From assembly GCA_013416795.1 (NCBI GenBank), contig RQSC01001207.1:114350-149301 (forward strand): 34,952 nucleotides of DNA. Reading direction: 5' to 3'. Shown piece after piece: positions 1-10,755 of this stretch. The translations under genes were made by a program, and so were the position numbers. The DNA is from Prasinococcaceae sp. CCMP 1430. Its lineage: Eukaryota > Plantae > Prasinodermophyta. Position 1 is the first letter of the stretch. Each line of letters opens with the position of its first letter. The notes beneath the pieces are model-generated. The model saw only the letters and a list, made by a program, of their open reading frames with translations. It ran no database searches and was not told the DNA's origin.

Positions 1-485
1 GCGCGCCGCCGCCCCGCGCCTCCGAGCCCGGCGACGGCAGCGGCGCGAGCGTGGCGCAGCGCGTCGTCGAGGGCGACGTCGTCGCGTACTGCACCTCGAG
101 CAGCATCGCGGCGGGGGTGGACGCCAGCGACATGCCCGCGCGTGCGCTCGCCGTAGTGGACGCTGTGCAACTCATCGTGCCCGCACCGGGCGTGCCGGTG
201 CAGCACGAGCATGGGTACGTGTACGCCAGGCGTCTGCGCCGCGCCGACGACGGCGGCGGCGGCGCGGACGCCGGCGCTGTGGGTGAGGACGAGCAGGCGG
301 CGGTGTGGGTAGACGCGGGCGAGGACGTGCAGATTGCACCGGAGGACCTGCTTGACATCGTCACGGCGAGCTACGATGGGCGTGCGGAGGCCGGTGACGA
401 GGCGTCCGGCGGGTGGCGCGTGCGCGGCGCGGGCGCGGCGCTCGCACCCGGCGGGGCGCCCGACGCCAGCAGCGAACGCCAGTAG
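1..485 (+). CDS. Hypothetical protein, 3' part (5' end outside window)
   Basis: Frame is open from position 3 to TAG at 483-485 with GC3-rich, protein-like codons (VVEGDVVAYC...EDLLDIVTASYDG). No family recognised. Confidence 0.5.
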   Translation, partial: APPPRASEPGDGSGASVAQRVVEGDVVAYCTSSSIAAGVDASDMPARALAVVDAVQLIVPAPGVPVQHEHGYVYARRLRRADDGGGGADAGAVGEDEQAAVWVDAGEDVQIAPEDLLDIVTASYDGRAEAGDEASGGWRVRGAGAALAPGGAPDASSERQ

Positions 486-1006
486 GGAGGACTGAGAGAA
501 AGTGCGTCCGCCGCACGGCCTCGGCGGCCTCTCACCCGCCGACGCCATCGCAGGCGCAGCGCCCGCCACGCACGGCGTCGATGCTGTCGGCGCCGGCAGG
601 CCCCCCAGCGTGGGCCGGCCCGCGCCGCCGCTCCCCCTGGCCTGCGACAGAGCGGTGCGCACCCGTTTGGGTCGCGACCATATTTAGGGTAAGTATTAGG
701 GTTCTAAATATGTGCTTTTGCACCTTGTTTGTGGAGCGCGTTCGAATTGATACGAAGGTGTTTGTACGCATTCGATTTGATGGCGCGCTTCGAAAAAGCG
801 CGCCGCGGGCGCGCGCGCCACAGCGCGCGCGCGCGGCGCGGGCGGCGNNNNNNNNNNNNNNNNNNNNNNNNNNNNNNNNNNNNNNNNNNNNNNNNNNNNN
901 NNNNNNNNNNNNNNNNNNNNNNNNNNNNNNNNNNNNNNNNNNNNNNNNNNNNNNNNNNNNNNNNNNNNNNNNNNNNNNNNNNNNNNNNNNNNNNNNNNNN
1001 NNNNNC

Positions 1007-3538
1007 CGCGGCGGGGGCGCCAGGCTCCGAGGGTGGCGTGCGCGCGGTGGTGGAGGCCGTGGGCGCGCTCGCGAGGGAGAGGCGCATCGAGGAGGTCGCG
1101 CCCACGCTGGTGGCCGACTCGATTGAGGCGGCCGGCGCGGCGCCGCCGCCGCAGCTTGCGCTCGCCGTCGGCGCGCTCGCAAGGGCCGTCATCCTGGGTG
1201 CCACAGACAGGGTCGTGATCAAATGCCTGGAGGGCGAGAACGCCAAGGCGGCGGCCAAGCTCGCCAACGGCGCGCTGGCGGCGCTGGAGGGACTCGCCGG
1301 CCGGCTGAGCGGCGACGCCGACACCGCCGCTGGCGTGATCCTTCCAGTCCTCGAGGACATGTCGCGGCTCGCCGTCACGCTCGCAGGCGAGATTCGAACG
1401 CGAGCTGACAGCGGCGAGCAGAGCAAGAAGGTGTGCCAGTTTCTGCTGCAGCGGACGCGCAAGCTGCTCGCGGCCGCGCCGGCGGTCGCGTCGACGGACG
1501 AATGTGCGCGGGAGATCCAGGCGATGGTCGCCGCTGTGAAGCTCGCGGTGACCACGGCGGCGAACGGCGTGCAGGGCATCGAGCGCAACCTGGGCCAGGT
1601 GCTCGCGCAGGCCGTCGGCGCCGCCGGGGCTCGTGTGTGGCACGCCGCGGCCTCCGCGGGTGACAGCATGGGGCGAGCTGGAGTGGTCGCGCTGGCGGCC
1701 GTTGAGGAAGCGTACAGCCTTGACGCCTCACACCTCGAGGCGGTCGTTGCCGCCGTGCCGGCCGCGTGCGCCGGGCTCGCCGCCGTGTGGGACGGCCGCG
1801 TTGGCGCGCCGTTCGCGTCTGTGCTGGCGCTCCCGCGCATCAGCGGCGCCGTCCTGCGGCTCGCCACCGCGCTGTCTCTGGCGGTGGAGGCGGGTCCAGG
1901 CACGCCGGCCGCCAGGGCATGGGACATGCTTCAGCAGTGGCTGGCGGGCGCGGCCGCCGATCCACATCCGGCATACTCCGCTGTCGCCTCGCGCGTCTAC
2001 GGTCTGTTGCTGCCGTCATCGACGCCCAGCTTTGCAGGGGCGCACCTCAGGGCGGTGATGGCTCGGTTGCGCGCGTCATCGCCTGCGTGGGCGGCCTGGG
2101 CGATGGCCGTGCCAGCGGGCGGACAGTGCGCGGCTGCCGGTCGCCTGGAGGCGCGCGCGGCAGCATCCACTTTGGCGCGTATGCTCGTCGCCGCGGGCGC
2201 GGAGCGCAGCATGGCTGTGGTGGGCGAATTTGTGCAGCCACTGGCGGAGGCGGTGGCGCCCGCGTCGGATGCGTGCGCGTGCATGGCCGCCGCCCTGCTT
2301 GTCGAGGAGGCCTACGCGGTGAAGGTGCCAGTGGTGCAAGACATCGGCCCGCTGATATCCCACGCTGTTGCGGACGCGCGGATGGCTGCGGCGGGCGACC
2401 TCGATGCGGAGATTCGCTGCTCGGCCCGACTGATGGCGCTCACTGCTGTGCTCGAGTCAGGCGCACTCGGGGGCGAGGAAAGCGCCACCATCGCCAAACA
2501 GATCCTCTCGAGATCGGTGGCTGGGGCGGATAAGGAGAATTGCCCCCCAGCTGCTTCGCCAGGGGCTGCGAGCGGCGACGAGCTGTCCCTTCTGAGGCAC
2601 GCGCTGCCCCGCGGTGCCATGTCGTCCTTGCTGCGCATCGCGGCGGTCGCCGCACCGGCGCTGACCCCGACGGCAGCGCTCGAGGTAGTCGAGGCCCTTG
2701 CCTCGGACGTGAACAAGTCGGGGGCGCCGATAGAGTCCATTGTTGAGGCGGCAGGTGCCGCTGCGCAGGCTGCGGCTGGTGGTGGCGGCCCAGCGGCCCA
2801 GCGGGCTCCACGAGCGCTCGAGGCGGTCTGGAAGGCCGCCTTGCTCCCCTCTTCAGAGCACGACCACTGGGCAGCAGCAGAGGGTGCCGCATACGCCTAT
2901 CAGGAGTTTGCGTACGTTCATGATTTCGCTGCGGCTGCATGGCGCGCCCATTCCCGCGCACGCGCGCACTGACCACTGCCTGCACACAGCGACAAGCAGA
3001 CTGACCAATCTACGCCCACTCGCCGCACCCACGCAGCCGATGGAACTCGCTTGCTCAGCACATCACCCAGGTGCTGCCCGACGCGGCCAAGTCTGTCGTC
3101 GTACAGGTGAGCCAGGCGAGAGTGGCCGCCGTCGCCGAAAGCTTCGACGGACCGGCGGCATTCGCATCGATCGTCAAAGCGAGCGCAGCCAGCGCGGACG
3201 CCTCGGCGGTGGACCTGGGCGCTGCTCTCCGCGCCGCCCTCGACAACACACCACAGACGACGGGGACGCCCACCGACGGCCCGGTGCCTCTGCGCGCGGC
3301 GCGTTGCGGCCTCAGCGCGCGGGATGTCGTGGCTGCTAGCGCGGGCACCGGCAACGCGCAAGCTGCGGCTGGCGGCGACGCGTCTGCGCCCGCAGACCAT
3401 GGGGCGTACGCCGCGGCGCTCGGGCATCTCCGGTCGGCCGCTGCGGTGCTTGCGGCGCTCCCGACGTCCGAGGCCGCGAAGGCCGTTGCCGCCGCCGTCC
3501 GCTCGGTGGAGGAAGCCACGGGCGCCCCGGCGCGCTGA
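1007..3538 (+). CDS. Alpha-helical protein, probable FIRRM/C1orf112 (plant FLIP) homologue; join(<1007..2911,3037..3538); start lies in the N gap
   Basis: Long Ala/Leu-rich ORF. A phase-2 intron 2912-3036 (GTACGT...CTGAC...CAG) joins ...AYQEFA to RWNSLAQHITQVLPDAA. The segment AVWKAALL...DHWAAAEGAAYAYQEFARWNS...VLPDAA resembles the conserved C-terminal HW...AF..FA.R...P.DAA block of FLIP/C1orf112 as I recall it. Confidence 0.5.
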
Positions 3539-3801
3539 CGCGGCCCCCCGCCCAGTCCCTGTAGCCCCGCCCACCTCTTCCGCCCGCGGTGGCCGATCAG
3601 GGGGCGCCACGTGCGGGTGCCGTGCTCGGTCATCGGCGGGCGCCTGGCGCGTGCTCGACGCCCGTCGCAACGCGCGCACGTACGTGTTCCATGTGCTCTC
3701 CTGTATGTACACACTATCGACATTGTTCTCAGTACAGTATCAAATCTCAGAAGCTTTCGATGAGATGGCATGTGCCCGCACGTGCCACACCGCGCGCACG
3801 C

Positions 3802-3833
3802 GCTTGCGCTTGCGCTTGCGCTTGCGCTTGCGC
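3802..3833. repeat. (GCGCTT)n hexanucleotide microsatellite
   Basis: About five tandem copies read directly, upstream of the FSH1 gene. Confidence 0.8.
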
Positions 3834-3971
3834 AGGCGCTGGCCGGTGCGAGGGGCGGCGCGACTCCGTGTGCCTCCGCGATGCGCGCCGCCGCCGCTGC
3901 GGCCGAGCCCTCCGCGGCAGCGCGTGCACGCCGTGACATGGAGGCGGCGGCAGGATGTGGCAGCGGAAGTG

Positions 3972-4772
3972 ATGAGTGGGAGGTCGCTGCGAGTGCTCTG
4001 CCTGCCCGGGTTCCGGCAGACGCGGGAGCAGCTCGCGCGCGCCCTCGCGTCCGCCGGGTGGGAGCGCGAGCTCGCGCCGTTCGCGACGCTCGAATGCGTG
4101 CAGGCGCCGACGCCAGCGGGCGGCGAGGCGCCCGAGTGGTGGAACGCCAAGACTCTCGAGGACGGCAGCGTCGTGTACGACAACTGGCGGGCGGGCCTGC
4201 GGGCCGTGAGGCGGCCGCTCGCCGCGGCTGCGGCGCAGCAGCGGCCGTTCGATGGCATCCTGGGCTACTCGCAGGGCGGCGCCGTGGCGAGCGTGTACGC
4301 CGCCCTGGCGATGCAAGGCAGGCTCGACGAAGAGCTCGGCCCGCTTATCGACGAGGCGGCGGGCTGCTGTGATGAGGGCAGTGACTGCGACGAGCGCCGC
4401 ACGCTGCACAGCTCCGCCGACATTCCAGCGCCGGCGTTCGTCGTCGGCGTGAGCTGCATGCCAAGCCGGGCAAACGAGCACAGGGCCTTCTTCGCCCACG
4501 AATCCCTGCCGCTCCAGCTGCCAGCGCTTGCCGTGACCAACAAGGGCGACCGCATCGTCCCGAGCGAAGCGACGCTTGAGTACGCCGCGCTCTTCGCCGG
4601 AGGCAGGGTGGTCGAACTCGAGGCGGGCTCGCATCGCCTCGCCGCCATGGGAAGTGACCGGGGCAAAAACGAGCGGCCCGAGCTCCTGCGCGAGCTCGCG
4701 CCCTTCCTGCGCGCGCGCATGGACGAGCGCGACACCGCCGAGCGCGTCGCCGACGAGCTCAGCAGGCTGTGA
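3972..4772 (+). CDS. Serine hydrolase, FSH1/OVCA2 family
   Basis: N-terminal LRVLCLPGFRQT, APTP...WW, nucleophile elbow FDGILGYSQGG, Asp in KGDRIVP, His in GSH. Intronless from ATG 3972. Confidence 0.85.
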   Translation: MSGRSLRVLCLPGFRQTREQLARALASAGWERELAPFATLECVQAPTPAGGEAPEWWNAKTLEDGSVVYDNWRAGLRAVRRPLAAAAAQQRPFDGILGYSQGGAVASVYAALAMQGRLDEELGPLIDEAAGCCDEGSDCDERRTLHSSADIPAPAFVVGVSCMPSRANEHRAFFAHESLPLQLPALAVTNKGDRIVPSEATLEYAALFAGGRVVELEAGSHRLAAMGSDRGKNERPELLRELAPFLRARMDERDTAERVADELSRL

Positions 4773-5136
4773 CATGATGTACTGTAGACGTAGTGACTAT
4801 GTGTAAGTCTATCTGGTTTGTGGCGTGGGACTCGCCTCAACGCGGCCCGCGCAGACCTCGCCGCTATCGGCGGAGCTCTCCGTGGCGAGGTCGCCGACGG
4901 CCAGGCGCGAGAGCGCCACCCCGGCGCCCGAGGCGATGCACCTGCCGAGCCGGCCGGCACCCCAGGCGGACCGCACGCGCTGAGGGACGGCGCACATCGC
5001 GGGCGCCACCGCCTCATTTTAAGGTCTACAAATCAGGGTTTACAACTGGGGCGCGGCCGCGCCCACGGGCGCTTGGATGGAGGTTGAGGTTGGAGATCTT
5101 TTTTTAGTACGGGTTTGTCGTCTTTGAGGTTTTATG

Positions 5137-5147
5137 TTTAGGGTTTA
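5137..5147. promoter_or_regulatory. Telobox-like element (TAGGGTTT) in the AT-rich island upstream of RSP9
   Basis: TTTAGGGTTTA read directly, with degenerate neighbours at about 5034 and 5108. Function inferred from plant telobox biology. Confidence 0.4.
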
Positions 5148-5225
5148 TATCTGTGGTTATTCGCACGCGATTTGACGTGGGTGCGCGCGCGCGCCGCGCG
5201 GTTTCCCGAACGGGCGCGCGTTCCC

Positions 5226-5291
5226 CGAGCGCGCGAGCGCGCGCGAGCGCGCGAGCGAGCGAGCGAGCGAGCGCGCGAGCGAGCGAGCGGC
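5226..5291. repeat. (GCGA)n / (GCGCGA)n simple repeat
   Basis: Tandem GCGA and GCGCGA units. A similar tract lies at about 26521-26570. Confidence 0.75.
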
Positions 5292-5461
5292 TCTCTCTTG
5301 GTTGTTTGGTAGGTTGGCTGTGCACCTGCCCGGCTGGCCGGGTGGTGGTGCGCCTGGCTCTGGCTGGTACAGTAGCTCTGTCCGTCGGTCGGCGGGTGGG
5401 TGTGCGTGGATGGGGCGCGGGACGAGGCGGGCGCACGCGTATACATGCATTTTGATGGCAC

Positions 5462-7013
5462 ATGTTCCGTTTACATGATGTGTGCCTTACGCTGCGCGCC
5501 GCCGCGTCGGTCGGCGCGTCGCTCGGCACCGAGACGCGCGCGGCGCTCGCGACGAGCCTGCCGCTCAAGGTGCGCGCTGTGCGCTGCGGAGCGCGCGCGG
5601 GCAGCGCGCGCGGCCGCGCCGCGTGCGAGAGAGAGGGGGTGTGAAGGGGGGAGGGGACGCAGAAATTGAGCGAGAGAGATGAGACTGACGCGCGCGCTCA
5701 CCTCCGGGCGGCCCTGCCCGCCCCTTCCTCCTCACACACACACACACACACACACCTTCTTCCCGCAGCGCGCGGAGGCGGGCCTCGCGACGCTTTCGCT
5801 CGTCGGCAAGGTGCTCGCGGCGTCGGGCTCCGACTACCTGCTGGCGCAGGGATCCGTCGAGGGGGGATACATGTTCGAGGACAAGTCGGTGGTGACCACG
5901 AAGCTCTTCTACAGGTGAGAGCGCGCGCGACACGGTGTGGAGGCCGGCTTGGACATCGAGGGGTGCGCGTGCCGCCCTCCCGGTGCGGCCGAACGCAGCT
6001 TTTTCCGTTCCTTTTTTTCTCGATTTTCGGGGGAAAAGCGCTCGTTTGGGGCGCGCGCGCGGGTCGCAAGGGGTGGAGGAGGCGCGCCCGCCCGCGAGCC
6101 CGCGCTCCCTCCCGCGCACCTGGCGCGGCTGGGACGATGCGGAGACAGAGCGACATTTGTGGGAGCCGCGCCGGCGCGCTCGCCCAGGGGATGCGCGACG
6201 TGGGTGCCCCGCGCTCGACCGGAGCGCGCGCGCGCGCGTGCGCGTGCTGGGCTTCCAACAGATTGTTGGAAATCAGCGCATGCGGGCATGCCCACGTGCC
6301 GCGCGACTGACCGCTCGGCGACACCTGCATTCCTACCCGTCCTGCCGTGGCCGCGCGCGTGCAGCATTGACGCCGTCAAGTGGATGGAGCTCGAGGCTGC
6401 CGCCCCGTCGACCCAGGAGAACGCCGCAAAGATCACAGTGTCGTTCACCGGTGACGTCACACACGTGTACACCGTGCGCCAGCCCAAGCCGGTGGTCGAG
6501 GACAGCGGCGACGCGGCGGAGGAGGGGGCCGAGGGTGAGGAAGGTGGCGAGGTGGAAGCGGAGGCAGAGGCGGAGGCGGAGGCAGAGGGGGAGGCGGAGG
6601 CGGCGCCTGAGTTCGAGGAGTTCGAGGTCAGTGAGCTGGACCGCCTGGCGGCGACCGCTGAGGCTCTTGCCAGCGCGGTGGGCGACGTGGCCCCGGTCGG
6701 CGCGGTTGTGCTCAACGCCACCGACAACTTCGTGGCCAATAAGCTCTTCTCAGGCGTGGCCCATCCTGATAAGCTCGACTCGTACATGCACCTCTCGCAG
6801 GGCCCCGCGAGTGGTCCCAACGCGCCCAACTCGCTCGCAAAGGACACGCGTGGCAGCTGGGCGGTCCAGTACGACGCCTTCTCTCGCACGGCGACGCTGC
6901 GCTCGCTGCTGTGGCCGGGGTTCGTGTTCTTCCTCAACAACGACAGCGGCGCCTACGGAAGCCTGTACGTCGGCTCGGGCATGAAAAACGAGGACCTGCC
7001 TTTCATGATCTAG
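5462..7013 (+). CDS. RSP9: Flagellar radial spoke head protein 9; join(5462..5569,5769..5914,6365..7013)
   Basis: Spliced protein MFRLHDVCLTLRAAASVGASLGTETRAALATSLPLK|RAEAGL...DYLLAQG...TKLFY|SIDAVKW...NKLFSGVAHPDKLDSY...DTRGSWAVQYDAF...LRSLLWPG...GSLYVGSGMKNEDLPFMI is colinear with Chlamydomonas RSP9. Both introns are GT-AG with ACTGAC branch points and keep frame. Confidence 0.93.
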
Positions 7014-7199
7014 GTGCGCCGCGAGGGGGGCAGCGCACTGAGAGTAAACCCGGTATCTGTAACGCACACCGTGCGCACCCACCCTCGCGCGTGGCAGTGC
7101 GCGGCCAGCCGCGCCACGATTGAGCATGGCGTGTTTAGCACCATGGGTATATTAATTAATGCCTCCGGCGGGCCGGAGGGATGTGGAGGGGGAGGGAAC

Positions 7200-8824
7200 T
7201 CAGAGCTGCAGCAGGCGCCTGTAGACCTTCGCCACGAAGCACTCGGCGTCGTCGTCAAGGAACTCGCGCACGTCCGACAGCAGCACCGAGCCAGTGGTCC
7301 TCTTGCTGAGCTTGTCCATGACGAAGTCAGCGATCTCCGAGGCCACTTCCGCGTCCCCGCCCATGAGCGTCATGAGCTCGGCCTGCACCCACGAGCTCGT
7401 GCGCTCCACCGTCGTAGAGGCGGAGGCCTTGGCCCAGTCGACCGTATTTGACGCAGCGATCACCTCGGCGTCGGACATCTCCGACGGCGGCTTGCCCGTG
7501 CGCGACGAGGCCAAACGTGCGTTGAGGCGCTTGAGGAGCTCCGACGCGGCAGCGGCACCCTGCTTGGGCACAGTCACGGCGACCTGCTCCTCCTGGGAGT
7601 AGTCGATCGGCACGAGCGGTCGCATGCGCTTCGCACTCTCCTGCTCCTCTCTCTCCAAGGCCTCGGCGCGCGCAAACACAGCCATGGTGGCCAGCCGCTG
7701 CTGCTTCTCCTTTTCCGCCGCGGCGGCTGCAGCGGCGACGCGCTTCGCGGCGGCCTCCTTCACGCGTTCCTCCTCCTCCAGGCGGCGGGCCTCCTCTTCC
7801 ATCGCGGCGGCAGCAGCGGCCGCAGCAGCCGCTGCGACGGATTCTGCTTCCTTCTTGAGTGTCTCGACGCGTTGCGCCTCCTCTTCAACCTCGCGCCTCT
7901 CACGCCGCTCATCCTCGGCGTCCGCTTCGGCCTCGCGTGCGCGCGCGCGTCGTCGCCGCTCCTCCTCGCGCCCATGAGCGGCACCGCCACTGCCGTCCCA
8001 TGAACCCCCATACGGCGCCCGCGCGCCGCCCGCGCCCGCCCATCGTCAGCGCTCGCAGCACACGGCACACCAGGTCACACAACCACGGCGGGCTGCCACA
8101 GAGGGCACGCGATGCAGCGAAGTGAAGGACGGGGCGCGCTTTGAGATCTTGCAGGATATAATTCTCCGACGGTCATGTAGTCATCATGCCGGAGACTCAA
8201 CTCCTGCTGCTTTCGCTGCGCTGTGCAAGGACCAGGGCTCGCAGCAACGCACCTTCGCAACTTCGCCGCAAGCGCCCGCAGCATCGCAGCGTCGTCCGCG
8301 CTCTCGCTCTCGTCTTTTTGCATCTTGGTGCGCCGCTCTGCGAGTTGCCTCGCGTCGTACTCAAGGTCACTGCGGTGGGGGCGTGTGATGCGAGGGCGCA
8401 AGCGCAGGTGCACGTGCACACAATGACTGTCAGTGGGTGCGCCGTGCCTTGCGGGGAGAGAGGTCCGCAGCCTACATGCGCGCCCATGCCCTTTGCTCGC
8501 GCGGCCACGTGACGCACCGTTCGCGCTTCTCTGCTAGCGATCGCTCCCTGTCCTCCCATCTCCGCAAGCGGTCCGCGTAGCCGCGGCTGTCGCGCTCGCG
8601 CCGACGACGATCGGCGCCGTGACTCAGCTCAGCCTCCAAACGCGACTCAGCAGCGCCCGCCACCTCGCCAGCTGCGGCCCGCGTGCGTTCGGGAGCGGGC
8701 GTTGCAGCCGAGGCAGGATTCGCCGCTGGCGCGCCCGCGGGTGCGCTTGTCCCTGCTGGTACTGCGGAGGTGGGCTGCGGAGGCCTTCCCGGGGGCGGGC
8801 CAGGAGGCACGACGGCTGCTGGCG

Positions 8825-8858
<34 letters not shown>

Positions 8859-9466
8859 CGCTACGGTGGCGGGTGGGGCGCTCCCCGTGCCGCCCATGAG
8901 CTCCTGCTCGAGACGCTGCGCATCAGAGCGCGCCGTCGCCGCCGCTGCGGTCGCCACGACTTTGGCGGTCGCGCTCACGATGGCCGTCACCTGTGCCTTG
9001 AGGTCGGCGATGTTCTGCGGAAGCCCGGTGGGCGCGAGGGCTCCAGGCGACTCGTCCGGCTCCAACCCATCCGCCGCCCTCCGAGCCGCGGCGTGCTCGA
9101 GGTACGCCTGAGTGGCCTTGTTTGGCTTCACGAGCAGCGCACGCCCGTCGACCTCGAGCCCGTTGAGGGCGGCCACGCACCGCGTGCACGCCTGCGGCGT
9201 GACGAACTCAACGAAGCCGAAGCCCTTGGGCTTGCCGGTCGCTGGGTCGCGCGTGGGTTTCCACGAGCGCACGCCGCCGCAGAGCGCGAGCAGGCGCGTC
9301 ACGAGCGCATCGGCGACGGTCGGCGCAATCTTGCCAACGTAGAGCGTCGTGCTTGGCGGGGGGCCGGCCGCCACGGTCGTGGCGGCCGCGCCTGCGCTCG
9401 CGGGGGGGGCGCCCCGTCCGCGCCGTCCGCGCCCAAGTCCCCGCCGCCGTCGTTCCCCAGTAGCAT
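7200..9466 (-). CDS. RBM25: RBM25/Snu71-like splicing factor (RRM, charged region, PWI); complement(join(7200..7989,8253..8369,8518..>9391)); 5' end unresolved
   Basis: RRM TLYVGKI...KPKGFGFVEF...LNGLEVDGRALLVK, an R/E-rich middle, the RPLVPIDY motif, and a C-terminal PWI-like DW...WVQAELMTLMG...FVMDKL...FLDDDAECFVAKVYRRL. Two phase-2 GT-AG introns keep frame. No in-frame ATG follows the TGA at 9518-9516. Confidence 0.88.
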
Positions 9467-10144
9467 GGCGTCCGCGAACGCGTTGGCAGCGCCCGTCCCG
9501 TGGCTGCTGCCGTTCTCACGCCCTGCACTGCCGCGCGCCACCTCTTCGGAGGCGTTGCCCCCGCTCGCCGCGCCGCTGCCCCCACTGCTCGTGCCCCTGA
9601 GCGCCTCCTGCTCCTGCGCGTCGTTGTCGAACCCACCCGCGGTGCGCGCAACCAGGTACAGCTGCACGTTCCGCGCGCGCTGCATGCTCAGCGCCCTCGC
9701 GATTTCTTCCGGGCAGTCCGGCTGCACGTGGCCGGTGACACGCAGCCGCAGCGTCGGGTGCCTGCGCAGCAGCGCGGCGGCCGAGTCGAGCGCCGGCTGC
9801 GCGCACAGCGCGAGGTCGCCGCTGCCGAACTGGAAGTGCACGTCCCCGAAGCGGGGCGGATTCTCCGCCAGGTGGAGCCTCTCCAGCGTCCACTCGGCGT
9901 CCGCCTCAACCTGCAGCGGCAGATCGCCCGCGCAGTGCGCCGCGTGGATGGCCGCCCAGTCCCGGCTGGCCGCCACGTGCCTGACGACCGCAGAGCCGCT
10001 CAGCGCTACGCGCGAGGCACGGCACACGCACGCGAGCCGCGCGAGGTCCGCCGCGCTGAGGTGCGAGAACAGCGCTACCAAGCACGCCCCGTCCAGCACG
10101 TCGAATGGATATGCGGTCGACGTGCTCGCCCCGCCGGCGGACAT
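9299..10144 (-). CDS. F-box protein with OmpA/MotB C-terminal-like domain
   Basis: ATG at 10144. F-box-like FDVLDGACLVALFSHLSAADLARLACVCRASR (about 10105-10000). OmpA_C-like VHFQFGSGDL...ALDSAAALLRRHPTLRLRVTGH...LSMQRARNVQLYL (about 9841-9644). 3' end uncertain because it overlaps RBM25. Confidence 0.72.
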   Translation of the reverse strand: MSAGGASTSTAYPFDVLDGACLVALFSHLSAADLARLACVCRASRVALSGSAVVRHVAASRDWAAIHAAHCAGDLPLQVEADAEWTLERLHLAENPPRFGDVHFQFGSGDLALCAQPALDSAAALLRRHPTLRLRVTGHVQPDCPEEIARALSMQRARNVQLYLVARTAGGFDNDAQEQEALRGTSSGGSGAASGGNASEEVARGSAGRENGSSHGTGAANAFADAMLLGNDGGGDLGADGADGAPPPRAQARPPRPWRPAPRQARRSTLARLRRPSPMRS

Positions 10145-10329
10145 GGCGCCGCCGCCCCCCGCCCCACTCACCGACCCCGTGCCCGACCCAATCACGCCCG
10201 CTCACGACAACACCCACTCCGCCCGCCCGCGCCTCGCTCGCCGCCCTTGCTTCGCCCCCGACCGCGCGCCGGCGCCGCCGCCTCGCGTGCNNNNNNNNNN
10301 NNNNNNNNNNNNNNNNNNNNNNNNNNNNN

Positions 10330-10755
10330 GCGCCGGCGGCGCGCCGCGCCGCCACGCGCCGCGTCGCGGCGTCGGCCTTCGTCCAGCCGGAGATCTACGT
10401 CAAGGCGTTCTGCGCCGTCATGGCGATCTACTCCGCGCAGATGATCCTCATCCCCGCCAAGATGGTCTCCGACCACTTCGACGCGACGGCCGACGCCATG
10501 ACCAAGTTCTGGATCCGCGGACAGTCCTGCGCCTGGCTCGGCGTCGTCTACTGCCTGACGCAGCTCCAGACGGCGGTGGCGGTCAAGGTCGCCACCGGCG
10601 TGTCGGTGGCCTGCGCGGTTCTCTACCCGTACAACGCCAAGTTCGGCGTGCTCACCGGCGACGGCTTCCCCGCGGTCAAGTACCCCATGCACTACGTGCC
10701 CGAGTTCCTCATGGGCGCGCTCTCGCTCGTGGGCCTGTACCTCTGCTTCGCGTGA
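10330..10755 (+). CDS. Small membrane protein (about 4 hydrophobic helices) of unknown function; start lies in the N gap
   Basis: Very strong C/G-ending codon bias. Hydrophobic segments YVKAFCAVMAIYSAQMILIP, WLGVVYCL, VATGVSVACAVLYP and EFLMGALSLVGLYLCF. An Arg/Ala-rich leader (RRAATRRVAASA) resembles the end of a transit peptide. Confidence 0.8.
   Translation, partial: APAARRAATRRVAASAFVQPEIYVKAFCAVMAIYSAQMILIPAKMVSDHFDATADAMTKFWIRGQSCAWLGVVYCLTQLQTAVAVKVATGVSVACAVLYPYNAKFGVLTGDGFPAVKYPMHYVPEFLMGALSLVGLYLCFA

Noticed and set aside
9402-9409. Programmed ribosomal frameshift at the C8 run
   Set aside because: No supporting stimulator identified; a homopolymer error, splicing or a mis-join is simpler, and other indels occur in the window.
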